This document shows positions 10,480-20,925 of a stretch of 64,000 nucleotides of DNA, piece after piece (the first letter of the stretch is position 1; the number at the start of each line of letters is the position of its first letter). The notes beneath the pieces are model-generated. The model saw nothing but the letters and a program-made list of their open reading frames with translations, was not told the DNA's origin and searched no databases. This DNA is from Fibrobacteria bacterium. GTDB lineage: Bacteria; Fibrobacterota; Fibrobacteria; UBA11236. The stretch spans positions 213,150 through 277,149 of the forward strand of contig JAYTSD010000004.1 of assembly GCA_043745805.1 (NCBI GenBank), written 5' to 3'. The translations under genes were made by a program, and so were the position numbers.

Positions 10480-11919
10480 TTAATTTTCCGTCGTTAAACT
10501 TTGATCGCGTGCTTCGGACAAGGCCGCCAAAGCTTCCATTAAAATTTCTTGCGTTTTATAAGTATTTTCTAAAAGTAATTCCGAGGACTTTTCTTGGAAG
10601 GCCATGAGAGAATCATTCAATTGACCCACGAAATCTTTTTCCGCATCCGTGCTTTCCACTTTGGCATCGAGTTTTTCTAATAGTGTCATCAAGCCTTCAT
10701 TGAGCAAGCTCACGCCCGCTTGCATTTCCCCTTGATTAATCTGTAACAAACTCGTTACCTCAGCAAAAATACCTGAGGTATTCTGTAAGTTACCAGCTAA
10801 GCCATCAACCTTTTGCGCCAATTCCAAACCTAATTGCGCTTGGCCTTGCATAAGCTCTTGCGTTTCGCTCATGGTTAAGCGATAGCGTTCCAATAAACTC
10901 TCGAGCAATTCCCCATTGGGACGAATGGCATTTTCTTCCAAGGTTTGCAATAATTCCAAAGTTTTTTCCGCACCCTTTTGCACCGTCTCTTGCATGGAAA
11001 GCGTAGCCTGTTGTAAAGCTTCAGCTTTCGTCGCAAAGCTATCAGACGCTTGCTGGGCTTGCTTTTCCCAAGTTTGCAGCGACTGCGCTAAAATGGAAGC
11101 TAACTGATAGTTTTGATTTTCTCTCTCCGCTTTGGCCAACTCAGATTGTTCACTTAAAGTTTCTTGATACTGCGTATTTAATACACTCAAAACTTGTTGT
11201 AAGTCCACTTGCCATTTTTCTCTCAAGCCTGCAAAATTTGCATTTTGTGTTTGCGCATTTTCCAGTAAAGCCTGATGAGCATTGCGAGTTACGGTTGCTT
11301 CTTCATACCAATTTTCTAATTGCGTTTTGAATTGCTCCACTTGTTGCGCTTGTACTTTTTGCCAGCCGTCTTTCCATTGACTTAAAAGTTCCTGTGCCGA
11401 TTGTGTGGCACGTTGATCCGCCGCCTGAATTTGAGCCTTTGCTTGCGCTTGCGCTGCTTCAATTTCGGCTTTCGATGATTTACTTAAAGCGTCTTCTCTT
11501 TTAACATCTTCTGCCAAAGTTTTCTCGGCTAACTGCGTTTGCTTCTCAGCTAATTGTGATTGCAATTGCCCTAATTTTTCCACCGCCGCAACCGTTTGCA
11601 AAGTTTGTTTATTTTGCTCCGCTAAACTTTTTTGAAAACCATCTTGAAATCCTTTTTGTATAGACTCGGAAACTTTATCCGAGGATTCATCCAAGGCTTT
11701 AGCCATTGCTACTAAATGCGAAACGAGGTCCGGCTTGTTTTGTTGTTTATCGCGGCGAATTTGCAAAGCGAGTATTTGGCTATAGGCCCAGAAGCCCAGT
11801 CCCACCACGCTTAACCCAGCAAGGGCAAAATTTTTAGTGGTGGCACCAATAGCGATAATGGCTATGCTACTAATGGCCATAGCCATCCAAATTTTCTTTT
11901 CTTGATTTTGTTCTAGCAT
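10480..11919 (-). CDS. Membrane-anchored long coiled-coil protein, DUF802 (ZorA type III)-like
   Basis: N-terminal two-TM hairpin, then about 400 aa Q/E/A-rich coiled coil. Start ATG 11919 has an AAGGAG RBS and overlaps the upstream stop. Confidence 0.55.
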   Translation of the reverse strand: MLEQNQEKKIWMAMAISSIAIIAIGATTKNFALAGLSVVGLGFWAYSQILALQIRRDKQQNKPDLVSHLVAMAKALDESSDKVSESIQKGFQDGFQKSLAEQNKQTLQTVAAVEKLGQLQSQLAEKQTQLAEKTLAEDVKREDALSKSSKAEIEAAQAQAKAQIQAADQRATQSAQELLSQWKDGWQKVQAQQVEQFKTQLENWYEEATVTRNAHQALLENAQTQNANFAGLREKWQVDLQQVLSVLNTQYQETLSEQSELAKAERENQNYQLASILAQSLQTWEKQAQQASDSFATKAEALQQATLSMQETVQKGAEKTLELLQTLEENAIRPNGELLESLLERYRLTMSETQELMQGQAQLGLELAQKVDGLAGNLQNTSGIFAEVTSLLQINQGEMQAGVSLLNEGLMTLLEKLDAKVESTDAEKDFVGQLNDSLMAFQEKSSELLLENTYKTQEILMEALAALSEARDQSLTTEN

Positions 11920-12821
11920 GGAACACTTAACTCCTTGTGAAATTCTTTCACCGCTACTCCTTTGAGTAACAGTTCCCATTTTTTTTGAAAATGCATAATC
12001 ATATGCTCCGTATATGATTCGGCAAAGCCGGAAAATTGTTGCATAAATCCTTCGAAGCCGCTTTCATAGCGATATGGATTATGCCAAGGCGCAGCGATTT
12101 GCGCAAATAAAGTTTGTTCATTGGGATAAAATTTCTTGTCCCATTTATTGACTTTGTTCACAAAAGTTTCGAGTGCCATTTCATTTAATGACAATCGAAT
12201 TTTTTTGAAAATTTCAAATTCTTTTTGGCGAATGCCACTTTCCAAAACCATGAGCAAGCGCTGATAAGGATGTTTGCTCAGTTGATCTTGTTGCGAAAAA
12301 TTTTGGGCAAACTGTTGTTGCAAACGAAAAATAATTCCGGAAATGGCCGAAACTGTGCGTTCACAATCCGAAGACATATCATGCAAGCTTTGTATATACA
12401 GCGTTTTCGCTTCCTTACGCGAGCCTTTGCCCACTAAGGCATGGCCTTCGATTGTTTCCGTAAACCATTGATTACGTGCTAAATAAGGATGCAGTTGCGC
12501 ATAGCTTAAACGTTTTTTCCACTTGTCACGAAACTCCACAAAGCGTTCATTACATTCGGTTTTTAAGGCCGAGAATTTTTCTATGGCTTCATTATAGGTT
12601 TCTGTATAAACTTCAGAATCAGAATGGGATGAGGCTGTCAGCAAGGCTTTGGGATTGCGTTGTATGGCATCCATGCCTTCGCGCAAAATAATCGATGGCA
12701 TGGAATCCAACATTCCCGAAATGAAATTCATGGTGGAATTTTCATTTGGCTTTTGCAATATGTTCTGAAATTGGCTTTGGGCGCCGAATCGATTGAGACG
12801 TGTTTTTAAATCCGATATCAT
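11913..12821 (-). CDS. Hypothetical helical protein, possibly DUF3348 (ZorF)-like
   Basis: 302-aa helical ORF, first gene of a three-gene operon. Weak pattern similarity (LMVLESGIRQKE; FEGFMQQF...WELLLKGV). Confidence 0.45.
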   Translation of the reverse strand: MISDLKTRLNRFGAQSQFQNILQKPNENSTMNFISGMLDSMPSIILREGMDAIQRNPKALLTASSHSDSEVYTETYNEAIEKFSALKTECNERFVEFRDKWKKRLSYAQLHPYLARNQWFTETIEGHALVGKGSRKEAKTLYIQSLHDMSSDCERTVSAISGIIFRLQQQFAQNFSQQDQLSKHPYQRLLMVLESGIRQKEFEIFKKIRLSLNEMALETFVNKVNKWDKKFYPNEQTLFAQIAAPWHNPYRYESGFEGFMQQFSGFAESYTEHMIMHFQKKWELLLKGVAVKEFHKELSVPC

Positions 12822-13007
12822 CTCATGCTTCCCATGGGTTGGGAAATATAAAAGTTATTGGGGGTTAAAACCAGAATTTTTATGTGAATCGACGCTTTAT
12901 TATGGCTTTAAAAACTCAATTTCGAAGGGTTTGGCAGGATTGGATAGGAAAATTTGCTTTTAAAAGGAAATGAGTGGGCGAAGGTTTTTATGCCTTTTAT
13001 TGCCCCC

Positions 13008-15710
13008 TCACTTATTTAGTAATTTTTCAAGGTACCGGTATTCAAAGGTGTTTTCTGGGAAGTTTTTCAGATTCTGTGATAAATATGTTATAGCATGGCG
13101 CGATTTTCCCGCTTGATCCAATTTTAAATATTCCACTAAAACATCTTCTAATGTAGCTAAGGTATTTTCTGCACTCCTTGGTGTGATAATGGCTTCACCA
13201 TTTTTCCCATTGAGATAAGTCATTTTTAAAAACTCATTACGTGAAGAGGCGTCCCCAGAAGATAATTTTTTTGTTTCAATATTTATTCCAAAATCTGCAA
13301 TTTTTGCTAAGGCTTGATTATGTATAATCGCCTGATAATGAGTGCCGTTAATATCTGCAAAGCGATTGAATAATTGATCGTATTTATTAGCTGCTAGGCG
13401 ATAATCATCGGATAAAAAAGCTAAATCGCCTTGTAATAAACATAAAGCGCTCGCATTAACCGGCGATAAATTTTCTATGCCCAGCTCTTGCACTACTTGG
13501 CTGGCCTTTTTAAAATCCTGCGAACCTAAAAAATAGCGGGCTTGCAAAAACCTTAATGCGGTATGAACATCTGCATTGTCCTTGTAATAGCTCAATAAAT
13601 TTAAAGACTGTTGCAAAGGTGGAGTAAACCCTAAGCGCCGAAAAATTTCTAAAAGTTGCGCATAATAGTTTCCAAAAATAGGTCGTAAAGCATCTTCATA
13701 CTCAATGAGAAAATGAAATTCTTCTGCCATTTTATTTGCACATGCTTCCGCACTTCCGCCATCATTTAAACACTGATAAATCGATTCTACTCGATTATCC
13801 ACTAAAGCGGCATTAAATTCTGATTCAGGATAGGCTAGCGGTAACAATTTTAATTTGTCAAAAGCCAAATTATTTTTTCCTAAACCGAAATAACATTGCC
13901 CTAATTGAAATAAAGCATCGGGAATTAATCGTGGATCTTTGGAGTGACTAAGGGCATTGGTAAGGTGATTAATCGCTTGGGAATAATTTTTTTGCAACAT
14001 ATAACATTTGCCCAATTTTAAATAAGCGACTTGCTTTACGCTTTTTTTAGGGTAGGCTTCAATGACATGTCGATAGGCTTGAATGCTATTTTGAATGAAG
14101 CCTAATTCCAAGTAGGCATCGGCCACCACCGTAGGGCTAGCCGCAAGCGCTACGGCCTTTTTATAAATGCGAATATCATCAAGTGCTACATTTGAATTCC
14201 AAGTGAAAAATCCAAAACGACTATTGCGCTCCACCTTTACTGGCAGAGTACAAAAACGATGAGCTACTTGTTTATCGTCGATTAATAGCCTTAAATCATT
14301 ATCCTCTTTTTCCACCGTCACTTTATATACTTTGCCACTGCGTAAGGGCACTGGCACTGCATTAAAAGCATACTTGCCTACTTTTCCCATTTCAATTTTA
14401 GCGTCCTGACTTCCATACCCACCCAATGAAAAGCGAATACCTTCTTCGGGAGAAGAGCCAAAAAGAAAAATATTTAAATCATTGTTTGCGCCATTTAATC
14501 CTTTAATCGAAAACTCGATTTTCACATCACCGAATACTTCCTGATTTGCCAAAGCATAACTTTCGCCTGTTGAAAGCCCTTCCAATCGTTCATGTACAAT
14601 TTGCCAATTATGCGAAGGGATCCAAATATTATTTTGTCGCTCAAAGGAAGTAAATAATATAGAAGTATCTTTACTATTGAAGTTTTCTTCTTGCACCCAG
14701 CCCCATGGAGCCTGTTTATTTTCTTCTTGCAAATTAAGGAAAAAGAAAACCAAAGCCGATATGAGTAGTAAAATTCCACCGCCCACGTATAAAATTGGGT
14801 TTGCTTTTACAAAACGCCATGTCAGATTCAAAATACTAGGTGGCTTCGCTTTAATAGGAAGCCCATGTTTATAGGCGGAAATATCTTCTAATAATAAATC
14901 CAAACTTTGATACCTATCGACCGCTTCTTTATAGATGCATTTACCGGCAATGGCCGCAAAGTCCGCATCGAGCCAAGGGCATAAAGAACGTAAGGATACA
15001 GGTTCCGCACGAATGGCATTGAGGGCGGTTTGATGTAAAGAACGAGGATCCAAATAAGGGTTTTTAAAAGACACGAGTTCATAAATAATAATGCCTAAAG
15101 AACAAATATCTGAAAGTACTCCTACGCCCTGTCCCATTGCTTGCTCTGGGGACATATAAGCGGGAGAACCAACTACTTCACCGGATAATGTGAGAGTAAC
15201 TGCCAAGTTAGGATCCACGGATTTAGCTAAACCAAAATCAATAATGATCGGTTTATTTTTTTGCATTAAAATGTTTGTAGGCTTAAGGTCTCGATGGATA
15301 ATTCCTTGCTGATGACAATACGCTAAGCCTTGTCCTATTTGTTGTACTATATCTAATACTTCAGGAAAGCTGGGTTTCTTTTCATGTAAAAAAGTCAGTA
15401 AATCATTACCCTCAATATATTCCATCACCAAGTAATAAATACCGTTTTGCTCACCGACTTCATAAATTTTAATCACATTGTCGTGACTCATTTTAGCAAC
15501 GGCACGCGCCTCGGCTTGAAAGCGTTCAATAAAACGCTGATGTAAAGCCACACCAAACAATACTTTGATAGCCACAATGCGATCCAAATCGGTTTGATGC
15601 GCTTTGAAAACCACGGCCATTCCACCGCGGCCCAGTTCCGAAAGAATTATATATTTACCGAGCCTGCCGCCTACTTGGAGGTTAAGCAATGCATCAGTAG
15701 CCATGCTCAT
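13008..15710 (-). CDS. Membrane Hanks-type Ser/Thr kinase with extracytoplasmic beta-sandwich and TPR region
   Basis: LGRGGMAVV, VAIK, HRDLKPTN, DFG, GSPAYMSPEQ; one TM helix; lectin-like strands and TPR repeats follow. Confidence 0.92.
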   Translation of the reverse strand: MSMATDALLNLQVGGRLGKYIILSELGRGGMAVVFKAHQTDLDRIVAIKVLFGVALHQRFIERFQAEARAVAKMSHDNVIKIYEVGEQNGIYYLVMEYIEGNDLLTFLHEKKPSFPEVLDIVQQIGQGLAYCHQQGIIHRDLKPTNILMQKNKPIIIDFGLAKSVDPNLAVTLTLSGEVVGSPAYMSPEQAMGQGVGVLSDICSLGIIIYELVSFKNPYLDPRSLHQTALNAIRAEPVSLRSLCPWLDADFAAIAGKCIYKEAVDRYQSLDLLLEDISAYKHGLPIKAKPPSILNLTWRFVKANPILYVGGGILLLISALVFFFLNLQEENKQAPWGWVQEENFNSKDTSILFTSFERQNNIWIPSHNWQIVHERLEGLSTGESYALANQEVFGDVKIEFSIKGLNGANNDLNIFLFGSSPEEGIRFSLGGYGSQDAKIEMGKVGKYAFNAVPVPLRSGKVYKVTVEKEDNDLRLLIDDKQVAHRFCTLPVKVERNSRFGFFTWNSNVALDDIRIYKKAVALAASPTVVADAYLELGFIQNSIQAYRHVIEAYPKKSVKQVAYLKLGKCYMLQKNYSQAINHLTNALSHSKDPRLIPDALFQLGQCYFGLGKNNLAFDKLKLLPLAYPESEFNAALVDNRVESIYQCLNDGGSAEACANKMAEEFHFLIEYEDALRPIFGNYYAQLLEIFRRLGFTPPLQQSLNLLSYYKDNADVHTALRFLQARYFLGSQDFKKASQVVQELGIENLSPVNASALCLLQGDLAFLSDDYRLAANKYDQLFNRFADINGTHYQAIIHNQALAKIADFGINIETKKLSSGDASSRNEFLKMTYLNGKNGEAIITPRSAENTLATLEDVLVEYLKLDQAGKSRHAITYLSQNLKNFPENTFEYRYLEKLLNK

Positions 15711-16714
15711 GTTTGGTCCGGAGAATTATTTCGCGAGGTTTCTAAATTATCAATGCTGTTTAAGCACTCTTGTAAATCCGCAGGAAGCGGTGCAGTAAAA
15801 TGACAGGCTCTATTTTTCCAAGAAAAATCCAAGCGGGCCGCATGTAAAAAAGTGCGTCGCAGACCTAAATCCTTTTTGTATTGTCGATTATTATTGAAGT
15901 TTCCATATCGGCTATCTCCCAAAACCGGATGTCCGGCATCAGCCAAATGCGCCCTAATCTGGTGCATGCGACCTGTTTCTATAATAACATCCAAGAGCGC
16001 AAATAACCCCATCTTTTTTTTCACTTTATAATGGGTCACGGCGTCCTTACCTTCAGGATCGCCCACAACCGATTTAGCACCGCCCTCTTTGGCATCAATA
16101 CGCAAAAGGGGTCCATTTAATGTGCCTTCTAATGGATCGGGAATGCCTTCCACCAAGGTCACATATTGTTTACGAAAATTCTTTTCCCGCAAGGCATGAT
16201 GCAACTCTCTCAAACTAGTACTGTTCTTCGCTATTAAAATGAGGCCCGAGGTTTCTTTGTCTAAACGATGTACCAAGGCAGGCTGAAAAAGCGCGCGCGG
16301 ATCTTGACTAGGTGCCAAATAAACTTGGGCCTTTTCAATTAAGGAATTACCCAAAATTATGCCCGTGCCAGGGTGAACCGCGAGGTTACCTGGTTTATTT
16401 AAAACCAACAATTCCTCATCTTCAAAAACAATGGGAATATCAAATTTGATCGGTTTTTCTGGTTTTGTGGAATCCGTAACAACTTTCTTTTTGTGACCTG
16501 CCGTCAATTCATCTTCATGTAAACCATAGATTTTTAAGATATCATCCGTTTTCAGGATATAATTATGATTAACGGGTTTTTTTCCCACCTTAACTTCATC
16601 GCGGCGAAATAAGGAATGCAAGCGACTCGTGCTTAAATGGGGTAATAATTTTTGCAAATATTTATCTACTTTTTGACCCACATCTTTATCGGGAATAAGC
16701 CATTCTTTTAACAT
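15707..16714 (-). CDS. RluA-family pseudouridine synthase with S4 domain (RluC-like)
   Basis: NKPGNLAVHPG, HRLDKETSG, TGRMHQIRAH, PVLGDSRYG. Confidence 0.95.
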   Translation of the reverse strand: MLKEWLIPDKDVGQKVDKYLQKLLPHLSTSRLHSLFRRDEVKVGKKPVNHNYILKTDDILKIYGLHEDELTAGHKKKVVTDSTKPEKPIKFDIPIVFEDEELLVLNKPGNLAVHPGTGIILGNSLIEKAQVYLAPSQDPRALFQPALVHRLDKETSGLILIAKNSTSLRELHHALREKNFRKQYVTLVEGIPDPLEGTLNGPLLRIDAKEGGAKSVVGDPEGKDAVTHYKVKKKMGLFALLDVIIETGRMHQIRAHLADAGHPVLGDSRYGNFNNNRQYKKDLGLRRTFLHAARLDFSWKNRACHFTAPLPADLQECLNSIDNLETSRNNSPDQT

Positions 16715-16715
16715 A

Positions 16716-18353
16716 TTAACCTACCCAAGCCTTTATTGTATCGGCGAATTTAAGTCCATCGCCTCCTGAAGAAACTATTCCACCGGAATATCCGGCTCCT
16801 TCACCTAAAGGATAAAGTCCGGAGATATTTGTCGAGGCAAAAGTATTTGCCTCTCTGCAAACTCGCACTGGTGAAGAGGTACGCGACTCTGGACCAATAA
16901 TAACACCCGTAGCAATAAAGCCAGGAATTTTCCGATCAAAGTTTTGAAAGGCTTGATGTAAAGCATTATTCACAGTGGGTGAAAATAAATTATTGAACTC
17001 GGCAAAGCGCAAAGCTTTTTGAAAAGATGTTTTGGGAAATTCTCCCGTTTCTAATTGCCCGTTCATATAGGCAGAAATACGTTGTATCGGATAGGTAAAA
17101 TCACCGCCGCCCAAAACATTCGCTTTACGTTCCAAATCACTTTGATATGCTAAACCGGCTAAAACATCTTGCGAAGGCAAATCATCGGTTTGTACCGGAA
17201 CTACTACTGCGGAATTAGCAAAAGCACTGCCGCGCGAAGAGTAGCTCATACCATTGGTAAATATGCCATCTGCCGAATCCGCGCAAGGCACAATCACACC
17301 ACCCGGACACATACAAAAAGAATACGCAGCTAAACCTTGTTCTTCCTGGTTAAAAGTCAAAAAATATTCCGCGGCACCCGTAACATCTAAGTTAACTTTG
17401 TCACCTAATTGCCGAGTATTAATAAGTTGTTGAGGATGTTCTACACGCACGCCTACCGAAAAGGGCTTGACTTCCATAGCCACATTCCAAAATTTCAACC
17501 TATCGTATAAAATCCTTGAAGAATGGCCCGCAGCCAATACTACGGCATCAAAGGGTAAGGTTTCACCGGAACTTAGCACTAAACCTTTTATAGTTTTTTC
17601 TTGCATAACAAAATCTGCCACCTTGGTATTGAAATGCATTATACATCCCAAAGCCAAACATTTTTCGCGCCAAGCTTTAATGAGAAATTGCAATTTATCG
17701 GTTCCAATATGCGGATGCGAAAGATAGAGAATGTTTTCAGGAGCGCCACATTCGATGAGTAATTTTAAAAATGCTTCCGTAAAAGGATTACGTGTGCGTG
17801 AAGTAAGCTTTCCATCAGAAAAAGTTCCCGCTCCTCCTTCCCCAAAAAGAATATTCGAATCGGCATTAAAAATATTTTGTTTTAAAAAACGGCGAATATC
17901 GAGAAAGCGTTGCTGCACGGCGCTGCCCTGTTCAAAGACATCTACCTTATACCCTTTATGAATTAAACCCCATGCCGCTGCCATGCCAGCCGGACCGCTA
18001 CCAATAATAGCTACACGCTGCCCAGGTAATAAATTTTTTACACCATTAATAATGGTTTTTATGGATTCGTTATCTTTCGCCTCTTTAAGCTTCGCTTTGG
18101 GATGACGAATTTCTCCCGCAAAAGAAAATTCTACTGAATACTTCCACCGCGGTTGATTACGCACTCGCGAATCCAAAGACTGCCGTAAAATTTTTAATTG
18201 TTCAATGCGATTCGCTTTAATGCGAAGCATTTGGCCTACGCGCTCACGTAGAACTTTTTCGTCGGGTGCGGAAGTTAATGCCGGAAGATCTACTTCATGT
18301 ATAACATAAGTGATGGGCATTTCCTGCCGGATTGTTGGGTCCGGATTTTTCAT
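16716..18353 (-). CDS. FAD-dependent oxidoreductase (uncharacterised dehydrogenase family)
   Basis: IIGSGPAG, FGEGGAGTFSDGKL, FCMCPGG, GEGAGYSGGI. Confidence 0.9.
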   Translation of the reverse strand: MKNPDPTIRQEMPITYVIHEVDLPALTSAPDEKVLRERVGQMLRIKANRIEQLKILRQSLDSRVRNQPRWKYSVEFSFAGEIRHPKAKLKEAKDNESIKTIINGVKNLLPGQRVAIIGSGPAGMAAAWGLIHKGYKVDVFEQGSAVQQRFLDIRRFLKQNIFNADSNILFGEGGAGTFSDGKLTSRTRNPFTEAFLKLLIECGAPENILYLSHPHIGTDKLQFLIKAWREKCLALGCIMHFNTKVADFVMQEKTIKGLVLSSGETLPFDAVVLAAGHSSRILYDRLKFWNVAMEVKPFSVGVRVEHPQQLINTRQLGDKVNLDVTGAAEYFLTFNQEEQGLAAYSFCMCPGGVIVPCADSADGIFTNGMSYSSRGSAFANSAVVVPVQTDDLPSQDVLAGLAYQSDLERKANVLGGGDFTYPIQRISAYMNGQLETGEFPKTSFQKALRFAEFNNLFSPTVNNALHQAFQNFDRKIPGFIATGVIIGPESRTSSPVRVCREANTFASTNISGLYPLGEGAGYSGGIVSSGGDGLKFADTIKAWVG

Positions 18354-18368
18354 TTCAGATTTCCCGAA

Positions 18369-18830
18369 TTAATGATGATAAGGAATATTTTTCTGTATGC
18401 AATAAGCTCGATAAATTTGTTCCATTAATAGCAATTTAGCCATTTCATGGGTAAGAGTAAATCGACTTAATCTGAGTTTTTTGGGAATCAAAGCTTTCAT
18501 TTCTGGAGCCAAGCCATGCGAAGAGCCAATAATAAAGGTTAATCTTTTGGTCGCGCGATTTTCTTTTTCACTGATCCATTTGCAAAACTGCAAGGAGTCC
18601 ATATCCTCACCACGTTCATCCAAAATTACCGTATCACTAGGCGCATCCATTTTAGTTTGAATGAGTTTAGCTTCTTGCGCTAACCGTTTTCCCGCTTCGT
18701 GCTCTTGACCATCTTTTAAAATCACATTTTCAAAATCACAAAAATGGTTGAGACGATCGGCATACTCTTCGACTAATGCTTTTAATTGTGCATTTTGCAT
18801 TTTCCCAATACTAAGTAAACGAATTTTCAT
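18369..18830 (-). CDS. rlmH: 23S rRNA (pseudouridine1915-N3)-methyltransferase
   Basis: LDERGE, FIIGSSHG, LSRFTLTHE, EQIYRA...PYHH. Confidence 0.95.
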   Translation of the reverse strand: MKIRLLSIGKMQNAQLKALVEEYADRLNHFCDFENVILKDGQEHEAGKRLAQEAKLIQTKMDAPSDTVILDERGEDMDSLQFCKWISEKENRATKRLTFIIGSSHGLAPEMKALIPKKLRLSRFTLTHEMAKLLLMEQIYRAYCIQKNIPYHH

Positions 18831-20875
18831 GGAGATTCTATGTTTGCCACGTTTACTGTAGCTATGGGTGAAGGGGTGATTGCTGGCTTAATTGCCATTT
18901 CTGTGGGTTCAGAAAGGTTTGCAAAAATCCCGCTAAAAAAATCTTCGATGAAAGCTTTTTTCTCCTCTAGATCTTTTTTGCCTAAAGGGCCATCCCAAAA
19001 CTCTTCGGGGATTTCATATAAAAAGCGCGAAGGAATAACTTCGCGTACCACGCGATAATAAAATTTTTGCGTGGGCCAAGAAAAATATAAGCGACGTTTC
19101 GCGCGCGTCATTGCCACATAAAATAAACGACGCTCTTCTTCGATGCCATTATCGGTATGATTTTGTTTGGAAGGAAAAATATCATCATCCATATTGGGGA
19201 GGAAAACTATTTCATATTCCAAACCCTTGGCTGCATGCACCGTCATCAAGCGTACGGCTTGCTTTTCCCCATCTTCTTCGAATTTAGTTTCTAAGGCTAA
19301 GGTATTGAGCATTGCACCTAAGCTCGCTTCAGGACGACGTTCTTCTTCCGCACGGAGTAATCGCAAAAACGATTGTACATTAGCCGATTTTTTTTCACCT
19401 TCCACGAAAGCCGATAACACGCCGGTTTCCTGTAATAAACTTTCTAGTACCGAATAAAAATTTCCTGCGCTTAGCTCATGCGCTTTACTTTTTATTTTTT
19501 TTAACAATTCAATGAGCGGCGCGCACCAAGCCCGACCAAGGCTTTCGGCATAGACCAATAAATTATCTAACACGGGCTCTTCGCTGCGGGTCATATCCGC
19601 TAAAGTATTTTTAGGAAAGCCGCGCTTGGGAAAAACTAATACTTTGGAAAGTGACAATTCATCATGCGGATTATACAGCACTTTGGCATAAGCCAGTACA
19701 GCCTGAACCTCAGGTAACTCCAATAAATTTTGCGCGCCCTTCATTACAAAGGGAATGCCTGCCGGAATAAAATATTCCATCATATCACGAAGCTGTAAAT
19801 TGGTACGTACCAGTACCGCCATTTCTTGCCAACGTACACCTTCCTCTTTATGCAAAGATTTAATTTTTTCGGTTAACCAAATCATTTCACTTTTTTCATC
19901 ATCGGCGGCGAAATGATAAAGTGGTTCACCAGAATCTTGTTGGGTGAATACCGTTTTAGCGCGACGTAATTGATTCTTTTGAATAAGTGTATTCGATGCA
20001 CGAATGATAGTATCGCTAGAACGATAATTTTGTTGCAGCTTTAATAAAGTGGCTTGTGAAAAGCGACTTTCAAAGCTCAATAAATTTTGCAATTCCGCTC
20101 CGCGCCAGGCATAAATACTTTGATCATCATCACCGACCACAAAAACATTTTGTTTCGCTCCCGATAAAGCCTCTAGCACATTTATTTGCGCCGAATTGGT
20201 ATCCTGAAATTCATCCACATGAAAATAATGCCATTGATTTTGATAACGCGCACAGATTGCTGGCTGTGCTTTAAATAATTCTAAAGGCCTTGCCAGTAAG
20301 TCTTCAAAGTCCACTTGTCCAGCTTTGCGTTTACTCTTTTCATAGGCCCCATATAATTTTCCTAAACGTGGACCATACTCCGTATCTTCCGGACAGTTTT
20401 CGGGAAGAATTCCTTTTTCACGTAATTGCCCTAAACAAGCAGACAATTCAAACACATCAAATTTTAAATTCTTCGGCCAATGCTTTCGCGCTAAACCCAT
20501 CAAGATGGAAAAACGTTCATGCGCATCCAAAACCGAAAAATCTGACCGTAACTCTGAGGCTACGGTATTCTCTTTTAATATCCGCAAACCCAAAGCATGA
20601 AAGGTTCCAATCCAAACATCTTTTACAAGGCTGCCACCACTGGCTTTTAAGCGTTCTCGCATTTCTTGCGCCGCTTTATTACTAAAAGTTAAAGCTAAAA
20701 TTTGTTCCGGTTTTACTTTTTGATTTTCGAGTAAATGTTGTATGCGGCTAATCAGCACTCGCGTTTTACCTGAGCCGGCACCCGCTAAGACAAGTACCGG
20801 GCCTTGTACAGCTTTAACCGCTTGCTCTTGTTCGGCATTTAATCCTTTAAATAAAGATCCTGAAGCAAATGCCAA
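18827..20875 (-). CDS. UvrD/Rep/PcrA superfamily 1 DNA helicase
   Basis: LAGAGSGKT, VDEFQDTN, GDDDQSIYAWRGA, QNYRS, TVHAAKGLE, EERRLFYVAMTRA. Confidence 0.95.
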   Translation of the reverse strand: MAFASGSLFKGLNAEQEQAVKAVQGPVLVLAGAGSGKTRVLISRIQHLLENQKVKPEQILALTFSNKAAQEMRERLKASGGSLVKDVWIGTFHALGLRILKENTVASELRSDFSVLDAHERFSILMGLARKHWPKNLKFDVFELSACLGQLREKGILPENCPEDTEYGPRLGKLYGAYEKSKRKAGQVDFEDLLARPLELFKAQPAICARYQNQWHYFHVDEFQDTNSAQINVLEALSGAKQNVFVVGDDDQSIYAWRGAELQNLLSFESRFSQATLLKLQQNYRSSDTIIRASNTLIQKNQLRRAKTVFTQQDSGEPLYHFAADDEKSEMIWLTEKIKSLHKEEGVRWQEMAVLVRTNLQLRDMMEYFIPAGIPFVMKGAQNLLELPEVQAVLAYAKVLYNPHDELSLSKVLVFPKRGFPKNTLADMTRSEEPVLDNLLVYAESLGRAWCAPLIELLKKIKSKAHELSAGNFYSVLESLLQETGVLSAFVEGEKKSANVQSFLRLLRAEEERRPEASLGAMLNTLALETKFEEDGEKQAVRLMTVHAAKGLEYEIVFLPNMDDDIFPSKQNHTDNGIEEERRLFYVAMTRAKRRLYFSWPTQKFYYRVVREVIPSRFLYEIPEEFWDGPLGKKDLEEKKAFIEDFFSGIFANLSEPTEMAIKPAITPSPIATVNVANIESP

Positions 20876-20925
20876 AGCGATTTCCTTTTACTAAAAATTA
20901 AAACGGGGAAAAAAAGACGATTGGG

